A DNA stretch of 64,000 nt from an uncultured Clostridia bacterium (lineage in GTDB: Bacteria > Bacillota > Clostridia > TANB77 > CAG-508), in contig CAKPSH010000004.1 of the NCBI GenBank assembly GCA_934183325.1, forward strand, positions 27,433-91,432, written 5' to 3'. The notes beneath the pieces are model-generated. The model saw only the letters and a program-made list of their open reading frames with translations, did no database searches and had not been told where the DNA came from. This document shows positions 1-9,266 of the stretch, piece after piece; the stretch's first letter is position 1; every line of letters begins with the position of its first letter. Both the position numbers and the translations under genes were made by a program.

Positions 1-70
1 ATAAGACAAATAGAAATAGATGAATTATTGGAGAAAATGGTAGAAAATTATATAGGAATAGAAGATTAAT

Positions 71-508
71 ATGAGGATACTTGGAATAGATTATGGAGAT
101 GCAAGAGTTGGACTAGCAATAACAGATCCACTTATGATAACTGTACAAGGATTAGAAACAATTCATCACAATGGTAATGACAAGATTGTATTAAAAAGAT
201 TAGAAGAAATTATAGATGAATATAATGTTGAAACAATAGTGCTAGGCATGCCATATAATATGAATGGTTCAAGCTCAGAAAGAGTGGAAGTTACAAAAAA
301 ATTTATCCATAAATTAAAATGTAAATTTAATAAGATTAACATTGAAACAATGGATGAAAGACTTACAACAGTCGCTGCACATAAAACTATGAATTTATTA
401 GAAGTAAATAAAAAAAATAAAAGGAATATTGTTGATACCATATCGGCAGAATATATATTGGAAATGTATATAAACAGAATTAAAAGAGAGGAGAAAGTTA
501 ATGGATAA
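71..508 (+). CDS. ruvX: Holliday junction resolvase-like protein RuvX/YqgF
   Basis: N-terminal MRILGIDYGDARVGLAITD motif typical of YqgF/RuvX RNase H-fold; ~140 aa. Confidence 0.85.
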   Translation: MRILGIDYGDARVGLAITDPLMITVQGLETIHHNGNDKIVLKRLEEIIDEYNVETIVLGMPYNMNGSSSERVEVTKKFIHKLKCKFNKINIETMDERLTTVAAHKTMNLLEVNKKNKRNIVDTISAEYILEMYINRIKREEKVNG

Positions 509-806
509 CGAACAAAATGGAATGAACGAAGAATTAGACAATATTGTTATACTAAATGATGAAAATGGAGAAGAAGTCAGATTTGAATTTTTAGATTTAA
601 TAGAATTAGATGGAGAAGAATATGTAGTGCTTCTTCCAGCAGATGATGAAACATCAGATGAAGTTGTTATACTAAAAGTAGAAGACACTGACTCAGATGA
701 TGAAGAAGCATATGTTAGTGTTGAAGATGAAGATATATTAAATACAGTATTTAATATGTTTAAAGAAAAATTTAAAGACGAATTTGATTTTGTAGATGAA
801 GATTAA
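501..806 (+). CDS. DUF1292-family acidic protein (YrzB-like), conserved partner downstream of ruvX in Firmicutes
   Basis: Highly acidic 101-aa ORF overlapping ruvX stop; EEVRFEF..LDGEEYVVL motif. Confidence 0.6.
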   Translation: MDNEQNGMNEELDNIVILNDENGEEVRFEFLDLIELDGEEYVVLLPADDETSDEVVILKVEDTDSDDEEAYVSVEDEDILNTVFNMFKEKFKDEFDFVDED

Positions 807-981
807 AAAATAGAGAATTATTCCACTGCAATATCTTTATATTCTAAATACTAAAGAAAATTTTTAGAATATAAAAAGGTGAAATAATTCTCTTTTATAA
901 TTTGGGTATGATAATGAAGAATCGAAATTAAAAATATTTAAATAGCAAAATGCTAATAATGTCAGCTTTTGTTCTAAAAAA

Positions 982-2301
982 TTGGAAGGATTGAAAAAAA
1001 TGAATGTTGGATTTATATCATTAGGATGCAGTAAAAATCTAGTTGTAACAGAAGAAGTAATAGGATTATTTAAAAAACATAATTTTACGGTTGTAAATAA
1101 TGAAAAAGATGCAGACATAATAATAATAAATACATGTGGATTTATTGAATCTGCTAAACAAGAAGCTATAGATACAATATTAGAAATGGCTGAATATAAA
1201 AAAGGCAGATGTAAATATTTAATTGCTATGGGATGCATGGTAGAAAGATATGAAGAAGAAATGAAAAAAGCATTACCAGAAGTTGATTTATTTATAAAAA
1301 TAAGTGAATACAATAAAATTTGGTCTAAAATATCAGATTTATTAAAATTAAATGAACCAAATGCCTGCATGCAATGGGAGGATAGAGTTATAACTACAGG
1401 AAGTACAATGGCATATTTAAAAATTGCTGAAGGTTGTAGTAATCATTGTACATATTGTGCAATTCCAAAAATACAAGGACCATATATATCAAGAAAAATA
1501 GAGGATATTATTGAAGAAGCAAAAAGATTAGCAGATGCTGGTATAAAAGAAATTATAGTAATAGCACAAGATACTACTAAATATGGTATTGATTTATATG
1601 GAAAGCCAAGACTAGCAGAATTGCTAACAGAACTATGCAAAATTGAAGGAATAGAATGGATAAGATTTTTATATGCATATCCAGAAAGCATATCAGATGA
1701 ATTAATAAAAGTGGTCAAGGAGAATGAAAAAATTTGCAAATATTTTGATATTCCAATTCAACATATATCTGATAAAATTTTGAAAAAAATGAATAGAAAA
1801 AGCAATGGAAAGAGCATAAAAGAACTAATTAAAAAGATAAGAAATGAAATTCCAGATGTAATCTTAAGAACAACCTTAATAGTTGGATTTCCAGGCGAAG
1901 ATAAAGAAGATTTTGAAGAATTATATAATTTTGTCAAAGATGCTAAATTTGATAAATTAGGTGCTTTTATGTATTCAAAAGAAGATGGAACTCCAGCTGC
2001 AATTATGAAAGAGCAAGTACATCCAAGCACAAAAAAATCTAGATATAATAAAATAATGCAGATACAACAGCTTAATTCTAAGGAAAGTTTAGAAAAAAGA
2101 GTTGGAAAGATTTATAAAACATTAATTGAAGAAAAATCTTTTGACGGTAAATATTTGATAGGAAGAACATATATGGATGTACCAGATATGGATGGAGTTG
2201 TATTTATAAAAAATACAAATGAAAAAGATCTTATTGGAAAATTTGTTAATGTAAAAATTACAGAGATAAGTGAATATGACATGATTGGAAAAATAGTATA
2301 G
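982..2301 (+). CDS. rimO: Ribosomal protein S12 methylthiotransferase RimO (MiaB-family radical SAM with C-terminal TRAM domain)
   Basis: MNVGFISLGCSKNLV N-terminal MTTase domain, CxxxCxxC (CSNHCTYC) radical SAM triad, C-terminal TRAM-like region; likely true start ATG at 1000 (MNVGF). Confidence 0.75.
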   Translation: MEGLKKMNVGFISLGCSKNLVVTEEVIGLFKKHNFTVVNNEKDADIIIINTCGFIESAKQEAIDTILEMAEYKKGRCKYLIAMGCMVERYEEEMKKALPEVDLFIKISEYNKIWSKISDLLKLNEPNACMQWEDRVITTGSTMAYLKIAEGCSNHCTYCAIPKIQGPYISRKIEDIIEEAKRLADAGIKEIIVIAQDTTKYGIDLYGKPRLAELLTELCKIEGIEWIRFLYAYPESISDELIKVVKENEKICKYFDIPIQHISDKILKKMNRKSNGKSIKELIKKIRNEIPDVILRTTLIVGFPGEDKEDFEELYNFVKDAKFDKLGAFMYSKEDGTPAAIMKEQVHPSTKKSRYNKIMQIQQLNSKESLEKRVGKIYKTLIEEKSFDGKYLIGRTYMDVPDMDGVVFIKNTNEKDLIGKFVNVKITEISEYDMIGKIV

Positions 2302-2324
2302 GAAAAAGTACATTAACAATTGTA

Positions 2325-3329
2325 GTGAAAATAAAGGGAAGGAAAAAAATGATAAAAATAATCTTAATGATTTTTTTTACAATAGTGGCTATGTGTATTC
2401 TTCTAAATATAAGTTATGTACAGTTAGCATATGAAAAATTAAGTAATAAAAGAAAAATTGCAGTGCGTGTATTATTAGTAACAGTCATTAGTATATTAAT
2501 ATTATGTGAATATTTAGAGAATAAGTCAGATAAAGATATGGAACAAGAGATAAAAAGAGAACAAGAAACATTAGAAGAATATTCTAAAGAAGAAAGTAGT
2601 TTTTATAATATGACCATAAATAAAAATTATGAAAAGCAAAATCAACAAGAACCATATATACCAGAAGACTTTAAATATGTAGATGGAAATTGGAACGATG
2701 GATTTGTTATACAAGATAATAATGAAAATCAATATGTGTGGGTTCCTTGCACTAATAAAGCAGATAATGAATACACTTTATTAAATAAATATAATTTTGA
2801 CAAAAATCCATGGATAAGTACAAATGAATGTTATGATACAGAATATAAAGAATTTTTAAAAAGTGCATTAAACTATGGTGGATTTTATATAGCAAGATAT
2901 GAAGTGTGTAGAGATAAAGAAGAAAAACCAATAATAAAAGAAAACAGTGCAATTTGGACTAATATAAATGAAAAAGAAATTGAACAAATAGTAAATATAA
3001 TAAAATCACAATATGATTCAGATATAGAAGTACAGTTAATTAATTCATATGCTTATGATACAACTATAAAATGGATAGAAGAAAAAAACACAATAGAATT
3101 TTATAAGAAATCAGAAAGATATAGCGGAACTAAAGAATATAATAATATTTATGATTTGTTTGACACAATATTAGAAATTACAACTGAGAAGTTTTGTGAT
3201 GAAAAAAATATTTATAGAGGAAATTGTGGAGAAATCTTACAGATAAAAAATAAAAAAGAGACTAGAATATCGTTAATAAATAGTCAATTAGAAAATGTGA
3301 CAATGAGAATGATATTATATAAAAAATAA
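2325..3329 (+). CDS. Hypothetical membrane-anchored extracytoplasmic protein
   Basis: N-terminal TM helix (IILMIFFTIVAMCILL), then a hydrophilic domain; no family recognised. Confidence 0.4.
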   Translation: MKIKGRKKMIKIILMIFFTIVAMCILLNISYVQLAYEKLSNKRKIAVRVLLVTVISILILCEYLENKSDKDMEQEIKREQETLEEYSKEESSFYNMTINKNYEKQNQQEPYIPEDFKYVDGNWNDGFVIQDNNENQYVWVPCTNKADNEYTLLNKYNFDKNPWISTNECYDTEYKEFLKSALNYGGFYIARYEVCRDKEEKPIIKENSAIWTNINEKEIEQIVNIIKSQYDSDIEVQLINSYAYDTTIKWIEEKNTIEFYKKSERYSGTKEYNNIYDLFDTILEITTEKFCDEKNIYRGNCGEILQIKNKKETRISLINSQLENVTMRMILYKK

Positions 3330-3357
3330 AAGACAGGAATATTTAATTCCTGTCTTT
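3329..3357. terminator. Bidirectional rho-independent terminator between convergent genes
   Basis: 12-bp stem aaagacaggaat/attcctgtcttt with 5-nt loop, T-run after. Confidence 0.5.
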
Positions 3358-3424
3358 ATGTATTTAAACATAAAGTTGGGAAGTAAATATTCCTATCAAT
3401 TATAAAACAAAGCTAGTATATAAC

Positions 3425-3625
3425 TTATTTATTAGCCATATTATTTTCAGCTTGTTGTATTAATTTTTTTACCATGTTACCACCAATTCTACCAGCATCT
3501 CTTGAAGATAAGTTACCATTATAACCATCTTTTAAAGTTACACCAACTTCATTAGCTACTTCATATTTAAACTTTTCTAAAGCATCTATAGCTTCAGGAA
3601 CTAATTTTTTATTTGAATTTGTCAT
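3425..3625 (-). CDS. Small acid-soluble spore protein, alpha/beta type
   Basis: MTNSNKKLVPEA..ALEKFKYEVA..LSSRDAGRIGGNMVKKLI signature of alpha/beta SASP; start ATG at 3625 preceded by GGGAGGTGA RBS (the ORF track over-extends to 3733). Confidence 0.85.
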   Translation of the reverse strand: MTNSNKKLVPEAIDALEKFKYEVANEVGVTLKDGYNGNLSSRDAGRIGGNMVKKLIQQAENNMANK

Positions 3626-3804
3626 TATATTCACCTCCCAGTAAAAACATATCAATAGAAATAATTTATTGAAAATCATTTCATAATATATGATGCACAA
3701 TATAAAAAAAAATAAACAAGAAAAATTTACCAAAAAAGTAAAATAAAAACATTGTAAAAAAATGTATTATAATGGTATAATTATAAAATAAAACTAAGGA
3801 AAGG

Positions 3805-4692
3805 GTGTTAAACTTGAGCTATAAATTATTAGCAATTGATTTGGACGGTACATTATTGAACTCATATGGAGAAATATCAGAGGAAAATAAAAGAGCTATA
3901 AAAAAAGCGCAAGAGAATGGAATAGAAGTAGTTTTGGCATCAGGAAGAGTGCCAGATTCAATAGAAAGATATGCAAAGGAAATTGATTCACAAAAATTCT
4001 TAATTGCTGGAAATGGAACAATTTTAAAAGATATACAAAAAAATGAAATAATATATAATAATTTTATCTCAAAAGAGAAAGCTTTAAAAATAATAAGAAT
4101 GTGTGAAGAAAATAGTGTATTTTGCAATGTCTATACACAAAAAACAATAATAACAAAAGAATTAAACTATAATGTACAATATTATTATTATGAAAACAGC
4201 AAGAAAGATGATGAATTAAGAACTAATATAAATGTGGTTAATGATATTTATAAATATGTAGAACAAATAAATACAAGTCCAATTTCTAAAATAAATATAT
4301 GTGACGAAAATAAAATTATATTTAATAGTATAGTAAATAAATTAAAAAGAATAAACGGTGTGACAATTTTAGATGTTGAACATATGTCAAAAAAAGTCAT
4401 AAAAAAGGGATCAGAATTTATAGATTTACAATACTATTATACCGAAATAACAAATGAAATGGCAGACAAATGGGAGGCTATAAAGGAGCTGGCCAGAATT
4501 ATGAAGATACAAAAAAATGAAATTATTGCAATAGGAGATAATATAAATGACGAAAAAATGATTAATAATGCAGGACTCGGAATTGTTATGGGAGATAGTG
4601 CTTTAAGCCTAAAAAATGACAAAGATATTATCACTAAAAGTAATAATGAAGACGGAGTAGCGTATGCAATTGAAAACTATATATTAAAATAA
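3805..4692 (+). CDS. Cof-type HAD-IIB family hydrolase (sugar-phosphatase-like)
   Basis: LLAIDLDGTLL motif I, GR motif, and a C-terminal GDNINDEKMINNAG motif IV region characteristic of Cof/YidA phosphatases. Confidence 0.7.
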   Translation: MLNLSYKLLAIDLDGTLLNSYGEISEENKRAIKKAQENGIEVVLASGRVPDSIERYAKEIDSQKFLIAGNGTILKDIQKNEIIYNNFISKEKALKIIRMCEENSVFCNVYTQKTIITKELNYNVQYYYYENSKKDDELRTNINVVNDIYKYVEQINTSPISKINICDENKIIFNSIVNKLKRINGVTILDVEHMSKKVIKKGSEFIDLQYYYTEITNEMADKWEAIKELARIMKIQKNEIIAIGDNINDEKMINNAGLGIVMGDSALSLKNDKDIITKSNNEDGVAYAIENYILK

Positions 4693-4746
4693 ATATTACA
4701 AAAATATTACAAAACAAAAACATTTTGAATACAAAGACAGAAATTG

Positions 4747-4775
4747 TTGAACAATAAAATAATGTGTTATATAAT
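4747..4775 (+). promoter_or_regulatory. Candidate sigma-A promoter for the pilus operon (TTGAAC-17-TATAAT)
   Basis: -35 TTGAAC at 4747-4752, 17-nt spacer, -10 TATAAT at 4770-4775, ~40 nt upstream of the cpaB-like start. Confidence 0.35.
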
Positions 4776-4816
4776 AAAATATGAGAAAAAATAAAGAGAT
4801 AAGGGAGGAATTTGAA

Positions 4817-5725
4817 ATGCCATCAAATCCAATGCAAAGAAAAGCAAGAAATTCATTCTTAATAGGAGTTTTAGTAACTACAATTGTAATGGGAGCAATA
4901 ATAGGATTACTATTGTTTAAAATGAAAAAACAACAAGATGAACAGAAAAAAAAGGAAAGCGCAGTAAAAGCCGTCTATGTGTTAACAGCTGATTGCACAG
5001 CTGGAGAGAATATTAGTGCAAAATTAAGCAAGAAAAATGTGCAAAGTGATTTAGCACCTATAAATGCTTTAGATGAAACAACATATTTAACAAAAGTGGA
5101 TGCTGATACAGTTGCAAAGATCAATTTAAAAACAGGAACAATTGTAACAGATGAGATGGTTGTGCAAAGTGATAATGTTGTTTCTAATGATACAAGAGAA
5201 CAAGAATTAAATATGATTGTATTGCCAACATATTTGGAACAAGATGATTATATAGATATAAGACTAAGCTTACCAAGTGGAGAAGATTTTATAGTTGTCT
5301 CAAAGAAAAAAATAGTAAACTCAAATGAATCTACTATGTGGATAAATTGTACCGAAGATGAAACATTAATTTTGTCAAATGCTATTGTTGAATCATATCA
5401 AATATTAGGTTCAAAATTATATGCTGTAAGATATGTTGAACCAGGACTTCAAGATACAGCATCAGTTACATATGTACCAAGCAATGCTGTTATAAACTTA
5501 ATTAATTCAGATCCTAATATAGTAGAAAAAGCTAAAACAGAGTTAGCAAATAGAATTAATAACTTATATAAATATAGAACAGAAGTAATTAATTCAGCAT
5601 TAAATGCTAATAGTGAAGATGCACAAAGCAATATACAAAGTGGAGTAGCAACTTCTATTGAAACTCAAAAGGAGCAAAGAGAAAATTATATAAAAGAATT
5701 AGATGCTGCAGGAACAGTAAATTAA
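4817..5725 (+). CDS. cpaB: CpaB/RcpC-like Flp pilus assembly protein (N-terminal TM anchor, SAF-like domain)
   Basis: Start MPSNPMQRK after AAGGGAGG RBS; TM helix FLIGVLVTTIVMGAIIGLLLF; position as first gene of a Tad-type cluster. Confidence 0.5.
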   Translation: MPSNPMQRKARNSFLIGVLVTTIVMGAIIGLLLFKMKKQQDEQKKKESAVKAVYVLTADCTAGENISAKLSKKNVQSDLAPINALDETTYLTKVDADTVAKINLKTGTIVTDEMVVQSDNVVSNDTREQELNMIVLPTYLEQDDYIDIRLSLPSGEDFIVVSKKKIVNSNESTMWINCTEDETLILSNAIVESYQILGSKLYAVRYVEPGLQDTASVTYVPSNAVINLINSDPNIVEKAKTELANRINNLYKYRTEVINSALNANSEDAQSNIQSGVATSIETQKEQRENYIKELDAAGTVN

Positions 5726-5740
5726 AAAGGAGAAATGAAA

Positions 5741-6442
5741 ATGAAAAAAGTTGGATTTATTGGTACAATAGACAAAACAAATCTAATTTTAAGTATTGCA
5801 AAAATATTAACAGTGAAATCCAAAAGAGTATTAATAATAGATGTAACAGTTGAACAAAAATTAAAGTATATTGTACCAACAGTCCATCCAACTAAGACAT
5901 ATATTACAACTTGGGACGATATAGATGTTGCAGTTGGATTTGAAGACTTAAATCAAATTTGTGAATATGCAGGAATAAAAAAATTAGAAGATGAATATGA
6001 TGTTGTTCTATTTAATATAGATGATGTTGAAGCTATAAATAAAATGCAAATTTATGAAGATGATGTTAATTTATTTGTTACAGCTGTGGACTTGTATTCA
6101 ATCAGAAAAGGAATGGAAATATTTGGAAACATAAAAAAACCTATGAAAATGATAAAAATTATATTTTCAATAATAATGGATGATGCAGAAAATGAATATA
6201 TTGATAGCGAAGCTGAAAACTATAGAGTAGAATGGGAAGGAAAACATATATTTTTCCCTCTAATTTTAGAGGACAGATATACAGAAATGGCTAATCAATT
6301 AATATATAAAATAGGTTTTCGAGAGATGAGCCAAATGTATAAAGATAGTTTAGCACACTTAATAGGTGTAATATTTAAAGATGAAATTAAAGAAAATGAT
6401 GTTAAAAAGTTGATAAAAAACTTTGAAAAGGATGGGGTGTAA
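5741..6442 (+). CDS. ParA/MinD-like protein with degenerate P-loop (pilus-locus accessory protein)
   Basis: VGFIGTIDKTNLILSIAKIL occupies the position of a deviant Walker A but lacks GKT; start ATG 5741 after AAAGGAG. Confidence 0.4.
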   Translation: MKKVGFIGTIDKTNLILSIAKILTVKSKRVLIIDVTVEQKLKYIVPTVHPTKTYITTWDDIDVAVGFEDLNQICEYAGIKKLEDEYDVVLFNIDDVEAINKMQIYEDDVNLFVTAVDLYSIRKGMEIFGNIKKPMKMIKIIFSIIMDDAENEYIDSEAENYRVEWEGKHIFFPLILEDRYTEMANQLIYKIGFREMSQMYKDSLAHLIGVIFKDEIKENDVKKLIKNFEKDGV

Positions 6443-6444
6443 AA

Positions 6445-7293
6445 ATGGCTGTAATATCTTTTTGGAATAATAGTAAAGGCGGAAATATAGGACAAACATC
6501 ATCAATAATTGCAACTGCTACATTAATGGCTATTGAACACAACTATAAAATATTGGTAATATCTACAACTAATAATGATATTGAACTTGAAAAAGCATAT
6601 GGTGTAGTTGAAAGTGCTGCAGTTAAAATTTTGAAATTGAAAGAATCAAAATTTAACTCTGGAATTGAAGGAATAATGAAATTAGCATCTAGTGGAAAAC
6701 TTACACCTGAGTTGATTGGAAATTATACTAAGATAGTGTTAAAAAACAGACTAGAAGTTGTAGCAGGAAAAAAAGATGATGAAGATACTGATGAAAATGA
6801 AAAGTTTGATTATCATTCTTATCCTGATGTAATAAAAATAGCCAATAAATATTATGATATGGTTTTTATAGACTTAAATAGAGATCAACAAGATGAAGTA
6901 GTACAAAACATATTAAAACTTTCAGACCTAATTATATTCAACTTTGAACAAAAATACGAAAACATAGATAAGGTATTAAATTTTCAAAAGGAACAAGAAG
7001 AATTATTGCCAAAAAAGAAAACATTATATTTAATAAATAAATATGAAAAAAAATCAAAGTTTAATAGAAAAAACATAATAAGAAATTCAGATATGAAGAA
7101 AAATTTATATGTTGTTCCATATAATGTTATGTTTGCGGATATGATGCAAGCAGGGACAACAGATAGCTGGTTTTTAAATCCAAAAGTAAGAAAAGCTAAA
7201 CCAGAAGAGGAATATGGAGATTTCATAAAAAGCTTAAATGAATTATGTGATGAAATAATAAATAAATTAAGAGAATTACATATATTTAGATAA
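6445..7293 (+). CDS. tadZ: TadZ/CpaE-like MinD/ParA-family pilus assembly protein (non-canonical Walker A)
   Basis: SFWNNSKGGNIGQTSS in place of KGGxGKT; ParA-like length and location between cpaB-like and tadA-like genes. Confidence 0.5.
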   Translation: MAVISFWNNSKGGNIGQTSSIIATATLMAIEHNYKILVISTTNNDIELEKAYGVVESAAVKILKLKESKFNSGIEGIMKLASSGKLTPELIGNYTKIVLKNRLEVVAGKKDDEDTDENEKFDYHSYPDVIKIANKYYDMVFIDLNRDQQDEVVQNILKLSDLIIFNFEQKYENIDKVLNFQKEQEELLPKKKTLYLINKYEKKSKFNRKNIIRNSDMKKNLYVVPYNVMFADMMQAGTTDSWFLNPKVRKAKPEEEYGDFIKSLNELCDEIINKLRELHIFR

Positions 7294-7350
7294 AATAAGA
7301 AAGAAACATAGGAAAGGAGGCATAGCTAATGAAATTCATTAGCTGAGAAA

Positions 7351-9240
7351 ATGAACTATATTTTAATATTTTTAATTGTATGTGGTGCTGTTGCTGGTAT
7401 ATATTTCTTAATAAGAAGTAAAAAAAATGCAGAAGTAGAAAAAGATGTTGAAGTAGATGACAAAACGTATTCACTAGAATTGATGTCTAAATTTGTAAAA
7501 AAGAGACTAGATGATATTACAAAAGTTAATTTATATGATATTGGTCTTTCAGAAGAAGAGTTAAAAAGAAGAAAGAATAAAAAATATGAATTAAAAAAAG
7601 CTTTAAAAGGATGTACTTATGGAGATGTCAATGATAAAAAATATGTAAAAGGGATAATGTTTGATTTATTACTTAAAGAATATGGAGTAGATGAAACAAA
7701 TATATCAAAAGCAATTCCTTTTGATGTTCCATCATTACTTACACCTCAAGATAAATTTGATATAATAATATATAAATATAAAAAAGAATTTGGATATGAG
7801 GCGCTTACACAACTTATAAAAAAATATAATTTAGCGGTTTTAAAATATTTGGAGGGAGAAGCAAAGCCTTCTTATGTTATAACTTCACAGGAAATTTGTG
7901 ATATATTTGAAAAAGAACAAATTCAACTTGAATTTGATGAAAAACTAGAAGTAGTAGTTCAAAGAATATATCAATATTATAAAGGATATAGTAGTATTGA
8001 TGAAGTAAGAGATATGAACATAGATGGTGTGTCTGGAGGTGTATCTGGTTTACCAGAATCATTCTTAAGCCAAGTAGCACAGACAGATGGGGATTATTTA
8101 GGACAAGTAATGGATAACAAAGTTCCAAGATCATGTGATAGTATATGGATATTCTTCCAAGGAAAATCAATAAGATTAGCATTTTTATCATTTGGAAGTG
8201 AAAGTGAACTAAAAAGAGTATGTCAAAATATTTATAAATATAATAATCCAGGACAGTTATCAGATTCAAATGGTTATAAAATCAATGAAATGAAAGATGG
8301 TTCACGTGTCGTTGTTGTTAGACCAAGTATGGCAGAGTCATGGGCATTTTTCGTAAGAAAGTTCGATGTTAAACGTGCAACTTTGGAACAAATTATTACT
8401 TTTGAAGGAAAAGAAATGGCAATTGATTTGCTAAAATTTTTAGTAAAAGGAGCAAGAATTATTTCTCTTACAGGAGAGCAAGGTTGTGGTAAAACAACAA
8501 TGCTTATGGCAATGATTGAAAATATATATGAAACATTAAATATAAGGGTTCAAGAGATGGCTTTTGAGTTACACTTAAGAAAAATCTATCCAACAAGAAA
8601 TATTTTATCATTAAGAGAGACAGAAACAATATCTGGACAGGAAGGTCTAGATGTTCAAAAAAAGACAGATGGTTCTGTTAATATCATTGGTGAGGTTGCT
8701 ACAGACCCAGTTGCTTCATGGATGATACAAGCCGCACAGGTTGCTTCAAAATTCACATTATTTACTCACCACGCAAAAACATTTCCAAATCTCGTTACAG
8801 CATTAAGAAACTCAATGTTAAGAACAGGTGTATTCAAAGATGAAAAAACGGCAGAAGAACAAGTTATTCAAGTATTGAATTTTGATATTCACTTAATAAA
8901 AGACTTTAGAGGAAGAAGATATATTGAAAGAGTTACAGAGTGTGTGCCAATAGAAAATGCAAATCCATATAATAGAGATTATAGAAACGAAAAAACAATA
9001 GAGGGAAAAATAGAAAAATTTATGGATAATGCAACAAATTATTTCCAAAATGTTACAGACAGACAAACTTATGAATATCATAACATTATGGAATTTAGAG
9101 GAGATAAATATGTTTTAACTCATAAAATATCTGACAAAAATATTAGAGAAATGAGAGAAAACATGGATGACGCAGATGCAAAGGATTTTGATGCATTTAT
9201 AGAAAAGTATTGGGGAAAACAATCAAAAGCATCAAAGTAA
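7351..9240 (+). CDS. tadA: TadA/CpaF-family secretion ATPase (VirB11/PilT superfamily) with N-terminal TM segment
   Basis: Walker A GEQGCGKTT, downstream Asp/His box regions; N-terminal hydrophobic helix ILIFLIVCGAVAGIYFLI. Confidence 0.75.
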   Translation: MNYILIFLIVCGAVAGIYFLIRSKKNAEVEKDVEVDDKTYSLELMSKFVKKRLDDITKVNLYDIGLSEEELKRRKNKKYELKKALKGCTYGDVNDKKYVKGIMFDLLLKEYGVDETNISKAIPFDVPSLLTPQDKFDIIIYKYKKEFGYEALTQLIKKYNLAVLKYLEGEAKPSYVITSQEICDIFEKEQIQLEFDEKLEVVVQRIYQYYKGYSSIDEVRDMNIDGVSGGVSGLPESFLSQVAQTDGDYLGQVMDNKVPRSCDSIWIFFQGKSIRLAFLSFGSESELKRVCQNIYKYNNPGQLSDSNGYKINEMKDGSRVVVVRPSMAESWAFFVRKFDVKRATLEQIITFEGKEMAIDLLKFLVKGARIISLTGEQGCGKTTMLMAMIENIYETLNIRVQEMAFELHLRKIYPTRNILSLRETETISGQEGLDVQKKTDGSVNIIGEVATDPVASWMIQAAQVASKFTLFTHHAKTFPNLVTALRNSMLRTGVFKDEKTAEEQVIQVLNFDIHLIKDFRGRRYIERVTECVPIENANPYNRDYRNEKTIEGKIEKFMDNATNYFQNVTDRQTYEYHNIMEFRGDKYVLTHKISDKNIREMRENMDDADAKDFDAFIEKYWGKQSKASK

Positions 9241-9266
9241 AAGATTTCCAGTGAAAGGAGAAAAAA

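Noticed and set aside
166-1370. Minus-strand ORFs 166-441, 398-688 and 864-1370, and the many similar antisense ORFs across the window (e.g. 1443-1739, 2752-2952, 19432-19827, 20896-21351, 28531-28824, 45339-45686, 46897-47328, 58078-58458)
   Set aside because: They lie antisense to well-supported genes, encode low-complexity Ile/Leu/Phe/Ser-rich peptides of the kind an AT-rich reverse strand produces, and lack RBSs. I treat them as frame artefacts.
3626-3733. N-terminal extension of the SASP ORF (MVNFSCLFFF...)
   Set aside because: A canonical SASP start (MTNSN) with a GGGAGGTGA RBS lies at 3625. The extension is hydrophobic junk that overlaps the promoter region.
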